Source: Nitrospirota bacterium (GTDB lineage: Bacteria > Nitrospinota_A > UBA7883 > JACRGQ01). From it: a stretch of DNA of 64,000 bases. The stretch covers positions 1 through 64,000 of the forward strand of contig JAJRYD010000036.1 of the NCBI GenBank assembly GCA_024275955.1, written 5' to 3'. The translations under genes were made by a program, and so were the position numbers. The notes beneath the pieces are model-generated. The model had not been told where the DNA came from. It saw only the letters and a list, made by a program, of their open reading frames with translations, and made no database searches. The first letter of the stretch is position 1, and each line of letters starts with the position of its first letter. Positions 46,862-56,856 of the stretch are shown in pieces.

Positions 46862-47195
46862 TGGTCTGTAAGCTCTCCAAAGTAAGAAAATATCGGTTAT
46901 AAACCTAGTTTTTACTACGCCTGCAATATGCGCAAGCCCGCTATCCTAGCATACGGTTTTTGAAAAAATCAACATGATAGAGACAGTTTTTTTTAAAAAA
47001 TATGACCACAAGCTACGGCATACAGCAACTATATGTTTTTAAATGAATTATGCTTCATGGAAAAGGCAAAGTTTTTGTCAAATTGCTTCAATCTGCCTTA
47101 CAGTCGAAACTTTTTCTTCATGTCGGTATCTAACCTAATAACATGAAGATAGTAAAATTAACATTTCACCAGTCGTTTGTATGTGAGGGCTACCG

Positions 47196-47978
47196 ATGAA
47201 AAATAGAGCTTTTTTTCTTGTCTTGGTTTTGCTCGGTTCTTATCTGCAGGCTTTTGCCGCTCCTCCTGTGATGGAGGTAAAACGGCTTTCGACAGGTGTT
47301 GTAGTGCCGAACCGTTTGGTTATTTTGTCTGTAAAATTGATGGGACGTGTGGAAAGCATTACACGCGTGGAAGGGGAAAAAATCAAAAAAGGTGAACTTC
47401 TGCTTGCCATTGCCGACAGAGAGTATGTAGCAGATCTCAAATCGGCAGAGGCTTCGCTCGGGCTGGCGGAGGCCGACTATGCCTACAAGGCAAAAAAAGA
47501 GAGGCGGATCGAAAAACTCTTTAGAGAAAAATCGGTTTCCGAAGATGCTATAGATAGGGCGAGGCTCGGCGAGGCTGTGGCAGGTGAAAATGTAAAAAAG
47601 GCGAAGGCCGCTGTCGAAAGGGCGCGGGCTGTACTTCGTGAGTCGAGAATAATCGCCCCGTTTGACGCGGTGGTGGTGAACAAGAGCGTGGAGATAGGGC
47701 AGATGACCACGCCCGGCGTTCCGCTTTTTGTGCTTGAAGACCACTCAAGCCTAAAGTTTAAAACATCCGTAAAGGAAAAAGATATAACCCACATCAATGT
47801 GGGCGACAAGGTTAGGGTGAAGATAGATGCTATAGGCGACATTGAGCTTGCGGGAAAGGTTGCTAAAATTATTCCTTCGGGCGATACGAAGACCCACTCG
47901 TTCGCGGTGGAAGTTCTTTTGCCTCGTCACGAAAAACTTTATGTCGGCATGTTTGGGAAAGCTGAGTTTGAAAAATGA
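47196..47978 (+). CDS. RND efflux periplasmic adaptor (membrane fusion protein)
   Basis: Signal peptide, then biotinyl-lipoyl-like, coiled-coil and beta-barrel motifs. A 4-nt overlap with the downstream pump gene. Confidence 0.8.
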   Translation: MKNRAFFLVLVLLGSYLQAFAAPPVMEVKRLSTGVVVPNRLVILSVKLMGRVESITRVEGEKIKKGELLLAIADREYVADLKSAEASLGLAEADYAYKAKKERRIEKLFREKSVSEDAIDRARLGEAVAGENVKKAKAAVERARAVLRESRIIAPFDAVVVNKSVEIGQMTTPGVPLFVLEDHSSLKFKTSVKEKDITHINVGDKVRVKIDAIGDIELAGKVAKIIPSGDTKTHSFAVEVLLPRHEKLYVGMFGKAEFEK

Positions 47979-50900
47979 AGCATCCAGTGCCAAAGCTCAA
48001 CCTTGCAGGGAGCGTGGCAAAATATTTTATCGACTCCAAGCTTACCATTTTGATAATAGTCGCCATTATGCTCTTTGGTTTTTTTGCGCTTCTCGCAACG
48101 CCCCGCGAGGAAAACCCGCAGATAACGGTTCCTGCCGCTAATGTTTTCGTGCAGTATCCCGGCGCTTCGGCAAAAGAAGTGGAAGAGCATATATCAAAAC
48201 CGCTTGAGGCGAAGCTGTGGGAAATTCCAAGAGTCGAAGAGGTTTACTCTGTTTCGCGAGATTCGTTTTCAATAGTCACCGTAAAATTTTACGTTGGAGA
48301 GAATAAGGAAGAGTCGCTGATAAAACTTTACGACAAGCTGATGTCTAATATGGATATAAAGCCTGCGGGAGCATCGGACCCGATAGTCAAGCCTATAGAT
48401 GTGGACGACGTGCCGCTTGTTGCCGTTACGCTTTATTCCGACAGCGCTGACTCTGTAGATATAAGAAAGACGGCAGACGACGTTTTGGACTTTTTGCGCA
48501 GAATTCCCGGTACCGCTAATCCCCATATCATAGGCGGACAGTCGAGGCAGGTAAACGTGGTGATGGACCCCGAAAAGCTCGCGGCATACTCGCTAAGCAC
48601 GGCAGAGATAGCGAGCCGGATACAGATGTCCAATGCTAACCTCCCTGTAGGCGATTTTGAACATGAAACGATAAAATATTTTGTCGAAACCGGCGACTTT
48701 TTGCGGACAGCGGAAGATGTGGGGAATGTTGTCGTATCTTCTGTTGATGGGCGCACGATACTCCTTAGCGATGTGGCGGAAGTAGAGGACGGTGCCGAGG
48801 AGGTTGTCCATACCACCCGTATCGGTTTTGGCAAGAGCCAGAAAAACAGCGGCAGGGAGTTCAGCGCGGTAACTGTTGCGATAGCCAAAAAACGCGGGCT
48901 AAACGCCGTCGATATAGCGGGCAAGATTCTTGAAAAGGTAGAAGAGCTTAAAAAGAATGTTATACCAGCAAACATTAAAGTGGCTATCACAAGGAACGAC
49001 GGCGCGAAGGCGGACCACGCGGTAAACGAACTTGTGTTTCATCTTGTAATATCAATCGTGATAGTGGTGGCGCTTCTTGCCTTTTCGCTTGGGAAGCGCG
49101 AGGCGGCGATTGTCGCTATAGCTATTCCGCTCACGCTGTTCCTTACGCTCGGCATCGGTATGCTGGTAGGGCAGACTATAAACAGGATTACGCTCTTCGC
49201 GCTGATACTCTCGCTAGGGCTTCTGGTTGACGACGCTATAGTAGTAGTCGAAAATATACATAGGCATTACGCGCGTAAGATGAAAGACAGATTTACATCT
49301 GCCGTCGCGGCGGTGCATGAAATAGGCTCGCCGACCATACTGGCCACACTCACGGTTGTGGTAGCTTTTGTGCCTCTTTCGTTTGTGAGCGGGATGATGG
49401 GGCCGTATATGGCTCCGATTCCGTTTAATGTTCCGGTAGCTATGCTTGTATCGCTGATGGTCGCGTTTATCGTTACGCCGTGGGCTTCCGCCAAGTTCCT
49501 CAAGACGGACGGGCATGCCGACATTGTTCCTATAGCCGAGACACCGCTTTTTAAAAACTATAAGAAGGTAGTAATGCCGTTTTTGCTTAGCTCCAAAAAA
49601 CGAAAGGTTCTTTACGCCTCTGCCGTTGCCGCCTTTTTATTTGCTCTGTCATTCGTGGCGTTTGGCTGGGTAGAGTTTAGGATGCTACCAAAGGCGAACA
49701 AAAACACTTTTCTGATAACCGTAGATATGCCGAGCGGCACAACGCTTGAGCGCACGGACCAGCTTGTAAAAGAGGTTGGGCTGTTTCTTCAAAATATTCC
49801 AGAGGTAAACGATTACGAAACGTTTACAGGTGTTTCATCGGTTATAGATTTTAACGGGCTGTTAAGAGGAAGCTTTTTTAGAAACAGGGAAGACCTTGCC
49901 GATATAAGGGTAAACCTTCTAGATAAGAAAGATAGAAAGAAAACCAGCACCGACCTTGTGGAAGAGCTGAGGCCTATCTTGCATAAAATGGCAGAGAAAT
50001 ACGGAGCTAACCTAAAACTAGTGGAAGACCCGCCCGGCCCGCCGGTGAGGTCTACTGTGCTTGCCGAGATTTACGGGCCGGACTACTCGGTTCAGCGGAA
50101 ACTGGCAGAAAAAGTGAGGAAAGTTTTCTCTGCCGCAAAAGGGGTCAGCGATATTGACGACTCCGTTTCCGGTTCGGTCAATAAGTACTATTTCCGTGTT
50201 GATAAGGAAAAGGCAACCTTGTCGAAAATATCTACTATGGATATCGTCAAAAACCTCCGTATAGGCATTGACGGCGCGGTAGTGAGTACTTTGCATGTTA
50301 CAGACGCCAAAACCCCCGTTGGTATTTCCCTTCGCTTTACCGAGGATTCTAGGTCTAAGCCGGAAGATATTAACAAGCTTTATATCAACAGCCCTACGGG
50401 CGAGGTTATACCTATATCGGAACTTGTCGAAATGGTTCCGGGACATCTTGAAAAGCCTATCTACCACAAAAATCTAGAGCCTGTCGTTTATGTCTACGGC
50501 GAGATGCACAAACGGCCGGTTACATACGCGGTTATCGACATGATGATAGATTTGCAAAAAGAACCTCTGCCGGAGGGGTACAAAATAGTTTGGGACGGTG
50601 AATGGGACCTCCAGTGGGATGTTATGTATGACCTCGGTCTTGCTATGGTTGTCGCCGTGGTTTTTATTTACCTTATACTTGTAGGGCGGTTCCAGTCGTT
50701 TGCTATACCGCTTGTGATAATGGGTTCCATACCGCTTTCGGTAATCGGCATTATGCCGGGCTTTGCCGCTGTCGGTGCCTACCTCTCGGCAACATCTATG
50801 ATAGGCATCATCGCGCTTGCCGGAATAGTTATCAGAAACTCAATAGTTCTGCTTGAATTTCTTATGGACAAAGAAAAGGAGCAGATGCCTATTAAAGAAG

Positions 50901-51121
50901 CGATCATAGAAGCAGGAGCCGTTCGGTTTAGGCCTATACTGCTCACGGCGTTAGCGGCGATACTAGGCTCGCTTGTTATAGTGGCAGACCCTGTATGGAG
51001 CGGTCTCTCTCTTGCCCTCATCTTTGGAATGACCGCGTCGACAGCGTTGACTCTGCTGATAATCCCTGTGCTTTTTTATTCTGTCTATGCCAAGCAATGG
51101 GGGGCCAATGTCGGCTCTTGA
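47975..51121 (+). CDS. RND-family efflux permease (AcrB/HAE1-like)
   Basis: 1048 aa and 12 TMs with two large periplasmic loops. Confidence 0.9.
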   Translation: MKHPVPKLNLAGSVAKYFIDSKLTILIIVAIMLFGFFALLATPREENPQITVPAANVFVQYPGASAKEVEEHISKPLEAKLWEIPRVEEVYSVSRDSFSIVTVKFYVGENKEESLIKLYDKLMSNMDIKPAGASDPIVKPIDVDDVPLVAVTLYSDSADSVDIRKTADDVLDFLRRIPGTANPHIIGGQSRQVNVVMDPEKLAAYSLSTAEIASRIQMSNANLPVGDFEHETIKYFVETGDFLRTAEDVGNVVVSSVDGRTILLSDVAEVEDGAEEVVHTTRIGFGKSQKNSGREFSAVTVAIAKKRGLNAVDIAGKILEKVEELKKNVIPANIKVAITRNDGAKADHAVNELVFHLVISIVIVVALLAFSLGKREAAIVAIAIPLTLFLTLGIGMLVGQTINRITLFALILSLGLLVDDAIVVVENIHRHYARKMKDRFTSAVAAVHEIGSPTILATLTVVVAFVPLSFVSGMMGPYMAPIPFNVPVAMLVSLMVAFIVTPWASAKFLKTDGHADIVPIAETPLFKNYKKVVMPFLLSSKKRKVLYASAVAAFLFALSFVAFGWVEFRMLPKANKNTFLITVDMPSGTTLERTDQLVKEVGLFLQNIPEVNDYETFTGVSSVIDFNGLLRGSFFRNREDLADIRVNLLDKKDRKKTSTDLVEELRPILHKMAEKYGANLKLVEDPPGPPVRSTVLAEIYGPDYSVQRKLAEKVRKVFSAAKGVSDIDDSVSGSVNKYYFRVDKEKATLSKISTMDIVKNLRIGIDGAVVSTLHVTDAKTPVGISLRFTEDSRSKPEDINKLYINSPTGEVIPISELVEMVPGHLEKPIYHKNLEPVVYVYGEMHKRPVTYAVIDMMIDLQKEPLPEGYKIVWDGEWDLQWDVMYDLGLAMVVAVVFIYLILVGRFQSFAIPLVIMGSIPLSVIGIMPGFAAVGAYLSATSMIGIIALAGIVIRNSIVLLEFLMDKEKEQMPIKEAIIEAGAVRFRPILLTALAAILGSLVIVADPVWSGLSLALIFGMTASTALTLLIIPVLFYSVYAKQWGANVGS

Positions 51122-51323
51122 GTCTATGCCGTGGCTTTTATTAATCGCACTAGCACTGCTTATGGCGCTCGCACCGTTTGGGCAGACCCCGCACCTTGTG
51201 GAAAAGCTTGGAATGCTTTTCAATGGCACCCTTACAAAACCGCTTGATATTTTCGACCTTTTTCTGCATATCGCCCCAATTTTTGCGGTAGTGATAAAAG
51301 GGTGGGGAGAGTTCGGCAGTTAA
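51108..51323 (+). CDS. Small membrane protein translationally coupled to the RND pump (about 72 aa)
   Basis: The ORF overlaps the pump's last codons. A GGGGGG SD lies 5 nt upstream of ATG 51108. The hydrophobic N-terminus is MPWLLLIALALLMALAPFGQTPHL. Confidence 0.4.
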   Translation: MSALESMPWLLLIALALLMALAPFGQTPHLVEKLGMLFNGTLTKPLDIFDLFLHIAPIFAVVIKGWGEFGS

Positions 51324-51329
51324 AGCTGT

Positions 51330-51713
51330 TTAGCCTGAAGAAAAGTTTAGGCTTACCGAGTTTATGCAGTATCGTTTTCCGGTTGGCCGAGGGCCGTCGT
51401 CGAAAAGATGCCCAAGATGGGCGCCGCAATTACTGCACCGCACTTCGGTTCTTTTTGTGAAAAGCTTATTGTCTTCATGGCAGTCAATTTTGCCGGTAGC
51501 TTCGTAAAAACTTGGCCATCCGGTGCCGGAGTCGAACTTTGTATTGGATAAAAAAAGCTTTTGTCCACAGCATGAACAGCTGTAAATCCCTTTTTTCTTT
51601 TGGTCGTGGTATTTGCCGGAAAAAGGTTTTTCTGTTCCGCTTTTTATGCATACCTCAAACTGCAATCCGCCAAGACGTTCTTTCCAGAAAGAGTCTGGTT
51701 TATCTTTTATCAT
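51330..51713 (-). CDS. msrB: Peptide-methionine (R)-S-oxide reductase MsrB
   Basis: Two CxxC pairs, GTGWPSF, and RYCINS. Confidence 0.9.
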   Translation of the reverse strand: MIKDKPDSFWKERLGGLQFEVCIKSGTEKPFSGKYHDQKKKGIYSCSCCGQKLFLSNTKFDSGTGWPSFYEATGKIDCHEDNKLFTKRTEVRCSNCGAHLGHLFDDGPRPTGKRYCINSVSLNFSSG

Positions 51714-51791
51714 CGCTCATGCTTCAATTCTACCGCAACCGGAGCTGTTTAGCCAAAGCTATAGCGGGAGTAAATGGAGAGATGGGCGGAG

Positions 51792-52517
51792 TTATGACGC
51801 GAGGCCAAGCGCCATATCTTTGCGGTGTTTTATGTACGACGCGAGCGACTCTTCTGCCGTCTCATCGAGGTGATAATGTTTTACGCCAACGATAAAAGCG
51901 CCGTCAGCTTTTCGATGAACGCTTCGCACTATGCCGGTCATTTTAAGAAGCTTGTTTTCTCCCTCCTCAACCGCCTGTATGAAGTACTCGATCTTGTCGT
52001 CCTCCCTCAGTAAATCCAAGCTGATAGCTATCGAGCAACCGTTTATGCTCAGGTTTTTTACTTTGCCTCTGCCGTAATGCTTTCCGTGCAGGATGGTATT
52101 TTCTCTCTTGTAAAGTGTGACGATGGTGTCGAGGCTGGTTTCAAACCGTTCTTCTGAGCGTTTGAGTTTTTTCTTTTCGCCTTCAGGGAAGGTTAGCAAA
52201 ATACGCGGCATTTTGGCTGTTATGATTTTTACCGGAAATTCTTTAGCCATGCCGCCGCTGGTGATAAGGCGTAGCGAAATAAAGCTGTGTCCGTGATAGA
52301 TACCAAGCAGGTTCTGGTCGATATTATTTACTTTAAAAACCACCAGCTTGCCTGCTTTTAAGCTCTCTACCTTGCCTTTATATTCCCTGTTGTTTGCCGC
52401 CAGCCGTACCTCTTTGGCAAGGCTGATGCGGTTAGCCAGTTCGACGTAGCTGGAGGTTTCTTTCGCCGGCCTTTCCTGCTTTTTTGCCAGATAATTTTCA
52501 CTCAGTTCAATCGCCAT
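51792..52517 (-). CDS. PilZ-domain (c-di-GMP-binding) protein
   Basis: The C-terminal region has a (D/N)xSxxG-like NLSINGCSI and an upstream arginine-rich motif. Confidence 0.6.
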   Translation of the reverse strand: MAIELSENYLAKKQERPAKETSSYVELANRISLAKEVRLAANNREYKGKVESLKAGKLVVFKVNNIDQNLLGIYHGHSFISLRLITSGGMAKEFPVKIITAKMPRILLTFPEGEKKKLKRSEERFETSLDTIVTLYKRENTILHGKHYGRGKVKNLSINGCSIAISLDLLREDDKIEYFIQAVEEGENKLLKMTGIVRSVHRKADGAFIVGVKHYHLDETAEESLASYIKHRKDMALGLAS

Positions 52518-52638
52518 AATTTCCTCTTGTTTACTGCTTATCGGGAAAAATAGAAAAGAGCATTACGGTTTTTTTAAAGCCGGAAAGTTCGTCATTCTCA
52601 TCTAGTCTGCCGTTCTCTTAGGTAGTACAATCGTCCTC

Positions 52639-53268
52639 ATGTTTATGGAAAGAAAAGAAACCGATAATGGCGGTTACGGCCTTTTTATCGTACTCGAGGG
52701 TGTAGACGGCGGAGGCAAAAGCACGCAGGCCAAACTGCTGGTAGAGAGGCTTAATAATTCAGGTCATAAGGCTATATACCTACGCGAGCCGACCAGCGGA
52801 GAGTGGGGACAAAAGATACGGCGTATAGCTGTAGACGGGCGGGAGGGAATAACCTTAGAGGATGAGCTTGAATATTTCATCAACGACCGTGCCGAGGATC
52901 TTGAGAAAAACATTTTGCCGGCGCTTGAGCGCGGCGAAGTGGTGGTGATGGACAGGTACTATTTTTCCAACATGGCGTATCAAGGGGCGCTGGGGCTTGA
53001 TGTGCAGGATATTTTCGATAGAAACAAAAAATTCAAAACGCCCGATATCGTCATCTTTCTTGACATTAAGCCAAGCGATGGTTTAAACCGGATAGGCGAG
53101 AGGGAAGGCGGCGCGAACATCGGCTACGAAAAACTAGATTACCTAGAAAAGGTTTATGAAGTTTTTGGCGGCCCGCTTTTTAACTCGATGAAGCGTCTTG
53201 ATGCTACTGGTTCCGTGGAAGAGGTCAGCGCGCTCATTTGGGCCGAAGTCTCGCCGCTTTTTGGATAA
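52639..53268 (+). CDS. tmk: Thymidylate kinase
   Basis: P-loop EGVDGGGKST, a DRY motif, and an LID region. Confidence 0.9.
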   Translation: MFMERKETDNGGYGLFIVLEGVDGGGKSTQAKLLVERLNNSGHKAIYLREPTSGEWGQKIRRIAVDGREGITLEDELEYFINDRAEDLEKNILPALERGEVVVMDRYYFSNMAYQGALGLDVQDIFDRNKKFKTPDIVIFLDIKPSDGLNRIGEREGGANIGYEKLDYLEKVYEVFGGPLFNSMKRLDATGSVEEVSALIWAEVSPLFG

Positions 53269-53287
53269 GTTGGATTTGTCTTACCGT

Positions 53288-53701
53288 ATGCAGGAAAATA
53301 TACCCGATGAACAGGTCGGCGAACTGCGTTTTTTGCTTCAGCAGTTGTGGTGGTGCAAAGAAAGGCGAGACGACGGTATACGCAAGATGCTTGATGAAAG
53401 CGATGTTACCTTTTTCGTCATCGAGCAAAAGACAGGAAAGCTTGTAGGTTTTGCGAGAGTTCTTACAGATTTTGTCTACAGGGCTTTACTGCTGGATGTG
53501 GTGGTCGAAAAAGGGCATCGAGGCAAACTGCTCGGCAGGTTGTTGATAGATTCAGTAATGCGCCATCCGAGGCTTGAGCAGGTGGAAGGGTTTATTCTTT
53601 TCTGTCTTCCAGAGATGTTCCCTTTTTACCGCAGGTGGGGGTTCGATGAAAATCTTAAAGTCAGCCTTATGGTTAAAGGGAAAGAAAAGGATAACCTGTA
53701 A
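53288..53701 (+). CDS. GNAT-family N-acetyltransferase
   Basis: VVEKGHRGKLLGRLL is the acetyl-CoA-binding motif A. Start taken at the internal Met to avoid a 70-nt overlap with tmk. Confidence 0.65.
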   Translation: MQENIPDEQVGELRFLLQQLWWCKERRDDGIRKMLDESDVTFFVIEQKTGKLVGFARVLTDFVYRALLLDVVVEKGHRGKLLGRLLIDSVMRHPRLEQVEGFILFCLPEMFPFYRRWGFDENLKVSLMVKGKEKDNL

Positions 53702-53704
53702 GCA

Positions 53705-54184
53705 TTATATCTCTTCAAACGGAAGGCGAGTTTTTTTGCCTGTTATTTGGCTACTTGTTTCTTTCAGGTGTTCGGCAAGGTTTATAGCGAGTTGTTTGTA
53801 CAGCTTTTCTCTTGTCTCCACGCTTAGCTCGGCAATCTTGTTGCCATGTATCCTGAAAACCGTTACCTCACCGCCAGCTATCACACTTGCGCTTCTCGGC
53901 TCGTTTAGCAATACTGCTATCTCTCCAAAGCATTCGCCGGCAGGCAGAGAGGTGATGGTTTTTTTTCCCTTTACGCCGGTTTCTTTAACTATATTTACGT
54001 TTCCCTTAAGAACAACGTAAAAAGAGAAGTTCTTCTCTCCTTCCTTTATGATGTAGCTGTGTAGCTGAAACTTTCTGACTTCCGAGAAGTTAAGCAGTTC
54101 GTCGAGATGTTCGTCAGCGAAGCCAGAAAAGAATTTAATAGATTTTAAAAGAAGCTTCCACTTAGGCCTGTCATCACTTTCCAC
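53705..54184 (-). CDS. Stand-alone cyclic-nucleotide-binding (CAP effector) domain protein
   Basis: FGEIAVL...RSASVIA is the cNMP-binding signature. Confidence 0.75.
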   Translation of the reverse strand: MESDDRPKWKLLLKSIKFFSGFADEHLDELLNFSEVRKFQLHSYIIKEGEKNFSFYVVLKGNVNIVKETGVKGKKTITSLPAGECFGEIAVLLNEPRSASVIAGGEVTVFRIHGNKIAELSVETREKLYKQLAINLAEHLKETSSQITGKKTRLPFEEI

Positions 54185-54412
54185 CCGTACAGCTTAGCAC
54201 ATTGTGAGGGTGGGCTGTAAATCGGCCACACAGTGCGTGGAGCGGGTAGTCGAGCTACCTTCTTTAACTTATCTTCGCTTGCGAGAAACTTGGGCTAATT
54301 AAAAGAGTGGCGGCACCTCGTTTTCGTATACGGCAGATACAGCCTTTTTGAATTTTTTTTTAAAAGTTTGTTTAACGCTTTGCGAAAGGCAAACCTGCGG
54401 TGCGGGTGCGGG

Positions 54413-56749
54413 CTACTCTTCGCTACCGCTTTTTATAGAGTTGTCTTCTCTTGTTATTATTTTGGTGTTGGGGCATTCTTTGTCTTTGCATTTGAGTTGC
54501 AGAGTTTTTAGGTCTATCGCTTTGGCAAAAACCATGTATGGGCTTCCGCATTCATCGCATTTCATGTCGAACGGTTTTTCCCAGCTGGTAAAGTCGCAAT
54601 CTGGGTAGCCTGTGCATCCGTAAAAGGTGCGCCCCTTTTTTGTTCTGCGCTCCAAAAGCTCGCCGCCGCATCCTTTGGGACATTTTATACCCATAGTAAA
54701 TGGTTTCGTGTTTTTGCACTCGGGGTAGGATGAGCAGGCGATGAACCTGCCGAAGCGTCCGCTTCGTATTATCATATCGCCTGTTTTGCACTTGTCGCAT
54801 TTCTCTCCGGTTTTCTCCGGCTCAGAGGAGGATACAGCCCCGTTTTTCCCTATCTGTTTTGTGGTTTTACATTCCGGGTATCCAGCGCAGGCAAGAAACT
54901 TTCCAAAACGGCCGAACTTGACCACCATATGTTTGCCACATTTATCGCAAATCTCGTCGGAAGATACTTCCGATTTGTAGTTTTTCATATTCTTTTGAGC
55001 CGCTTCAAGAGCTTTGCTGAAAGGCCCGTAGTAGTCGCGCATAAGTTCTATCCAGTCCTTTTTACCTTCCTCTATCTCGTCGAGGTGCTCTTCAAGGCTG
55101 GCGGTAAAGCCGATATCCATAACTTTTGGAAAATGCTCGATAAGAGCATCGGTTATTATTTTGCCAAGTTCAGTAGGGTGGAGTTTGCGGTCAAGAGCTT
55201 CGGCATATTCCCTGTTCTGTATAGTTCCTACTATAGAGGCGTAGGTGCTTGGTCTGCCGATTCCTTTGTCTTCCAGCTCCTTTATAAGTGCCGCCTCGGT
55301 ATAGCGCGGCGGCGGCTGGGTGAAATGCTGTTTGGGAGTTATCTTCTCAAGCTCTATCGCCTCTCCCTCTTTAACATCGGGTATTATGTTTTCCTTCTCT
55401 TTACTGTCTACAGGCTCTTCGTCTTTGTAGACTTTTAGGAAGCCTTCAAACTTTATGTTGGACCCAGTGGCGCGTATGGTGTATTTCCCAGCATTGGTAT
55501 CTACAGTCAGAGTCGAGATAACAGCCGAAACCATCTGGCTCGCCACGAACCGTTTCCAGATTATTTCGTACACCTTATGTTCTTCCGCCGTAAGCCGGTT
55601 TTTTAGAGATTCCGGTGTTCGGTGTACCGATGTCGGGCGGATAGCTTCATGCCCCTCTTGCGCCGATTTCTTTACCTTGTATACATTCGGCTTTTCCGGC
55701 AGAAAATCTTTCCCGATATTGGTTTCTACATATCCTCTTAGCTCGGCGATAGCCTCATCGGCAATTCTGGTGGAATCGGTTCTCATATAGGTAATCAAAC
55801 CTACCGTTTCGCCATCTCCAACATCGACACCCTCGTAAAGCTTTTGGGCAAACCGCATAGTTCTCGATGCCGAATAGCGGAACCTTTGCGAGCAGACCTG
55901 CTGGAGAGTGCTTGTTATGAACGGCGCCGCGGAGTTTCGCTTTTTGTCTTTTCTTGTAACTGCCGCTATAGACAGTTTTTCATTTTTTATTTCGTCAACG
56001 GCAATGCTGGCTTCGGTTTCGTTGTTAAGCTCAAGTTTCTTCCGGTCTATCTGGTGGAGTCTTGCCTCGAAAGGCTCTTCGTTGTCGGGCTTTAAAATAC
56101 ATTTTACCGACCAATATTCTTTTTTGACGAAAGCTTCTATCTCTTTTTCACGCTCTAAGATTATCCGCATAGCGACCGACTGCACACGGCCGGCAGAGAG
56201 GCCGCTTCTTACCTTCTCCCAGAGAAGCGGGCTTAACTTGTACCCAACGATTCTGTCGAGTACCCGTCTTGCCTGTTGTGCGTGAACTCTGTTCAGGTCT
56301 ATTTCGTGCGGATTTTCTATAGCTTCCTGTACAGCTTTTTTTGTTATTTCGTTGAACATTATCCTGTAAATCTTCCCCGGGGCATCAAGTACATCGTAAA
56401 TATGCTGGGCTATCGCTTCGCCCTCTCTATCCGGGTCAGGGGCGAGGAATATTTTCTCGGCTTTTTTTGCCGCCGCTTTCAGGCTCTTTATTATGGGAGC
56501 CTTTCCTTTAATCGTTACAAGCTGTATAGAGAAATCGTTATCGACATCGACACCAAGTTTGCTTTTGGGAAGGTCGCGCACATGACCGACGCTCGATAGC
56601 ACTTCAAAATTCCGGCCAAGATATTTTCTTATCGTCTTCGCCTTCGCCGGCGACTCGACTATTACAAGGCTTTTGCCGCTTTTCTTCGCGCTCGTTTTGG
56701 CCTTTTTTTTCACGCTTTTCTTTTTTGCCGTTTTTTTAGTAACTGCCAT
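54413..56749 (-). CDS. topA: DNA topoisomerase I with C-terminal zinc ribbons
   Basis: TOPRIM IVESPAKAKTI, an active-site Tyr region, and 3-4 C4 zinc ribbons. Start at MAVTKK, 14 codons inside the track ORF. Confidence 0.9.
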   Translation of the reverse strand: MAVTKKTAKKKSVKKKAKTSAKKSGKSLVIVESPAKAKTIRKYLGRNFEVLSSVGHVRDLPKSKLGVDVDNDFSIQLVTIKGKAPIIKSLKAAAKKAEKIFLAPDPDREGEAIAQHIYDVLDAPGKIYRIMFNEITKKAVQEAIENPHEIDLNRVHAQQARRVLDRIVGYKLSPLLWEKVRSGLSAGRVQSVAMRIILEREKEIEAFVKKEYWSVKCILKPDNEEPFEARLHQIDRKKLELNNETEASIAVDEIKNEKLSIAAVTRKDKKRNSAAPFITSTLQQVCSQRFRYSASRTMRFAQKLYEGVDVGDGETVGLITYMRTDSTRIADEAIAELRGYVETNIGKDFLPEKPNVYKVKKSAQEGHEAIRPTSVHRTPESLKNRLTAEEHKVYEIIWKRFVASQMVSAVISTLTVDTNAGKYTIRATGSNIKFEGFLKVYKDEEPVDSKEKENIIPDVKEGEAIELEKITPKQHFTQPPPRYTEAALIKELEDKGIGRPSTYASIVGTIQNREYAEALDRKLHPTELGKIITDALIEHFPKVMDIGFTASLEEHLDEIEEGKKDWIELMRDYYGPFSKALEAAQKNMKNYKSEVSSDEICDKCGKHMVVKFGRFGKFLACAGYPECKTTKQIGKNGAVSSSEPEKTGEKCDKCKTGDMIIRSGRFGRFIACSSYPECKNTKPFTMGIKCPKGCGGELLERRTKKGRTFYGCTGYPDCDFTSWEKPFDMKCDECGSPYMVFAKAIDLKTLQLKCKDKECPNTKIITREDNSIKSGSEE

Positions 56750-56856
56750 AGGGGGAATTGTATAGTGAACTTGTGCTTGTTTTGCAAGCATAAACTTATT
56801 TCTATGACACTTTAGGGCAATAAAAACAAAGCACTATCTAGTTTATTTTTTTCTCA

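Noticed and set aside
47190-47993. Minus-strand ORFs (47190..47744, 47483..47842, 47751..47993) overlapping the RND adaptor gene
   Set aside because: They are antisense to a signal-peptide-bearing membrane-fusion-protein gene that overlaps the pump gene by 4 nt. The antisense frames have no motif support.
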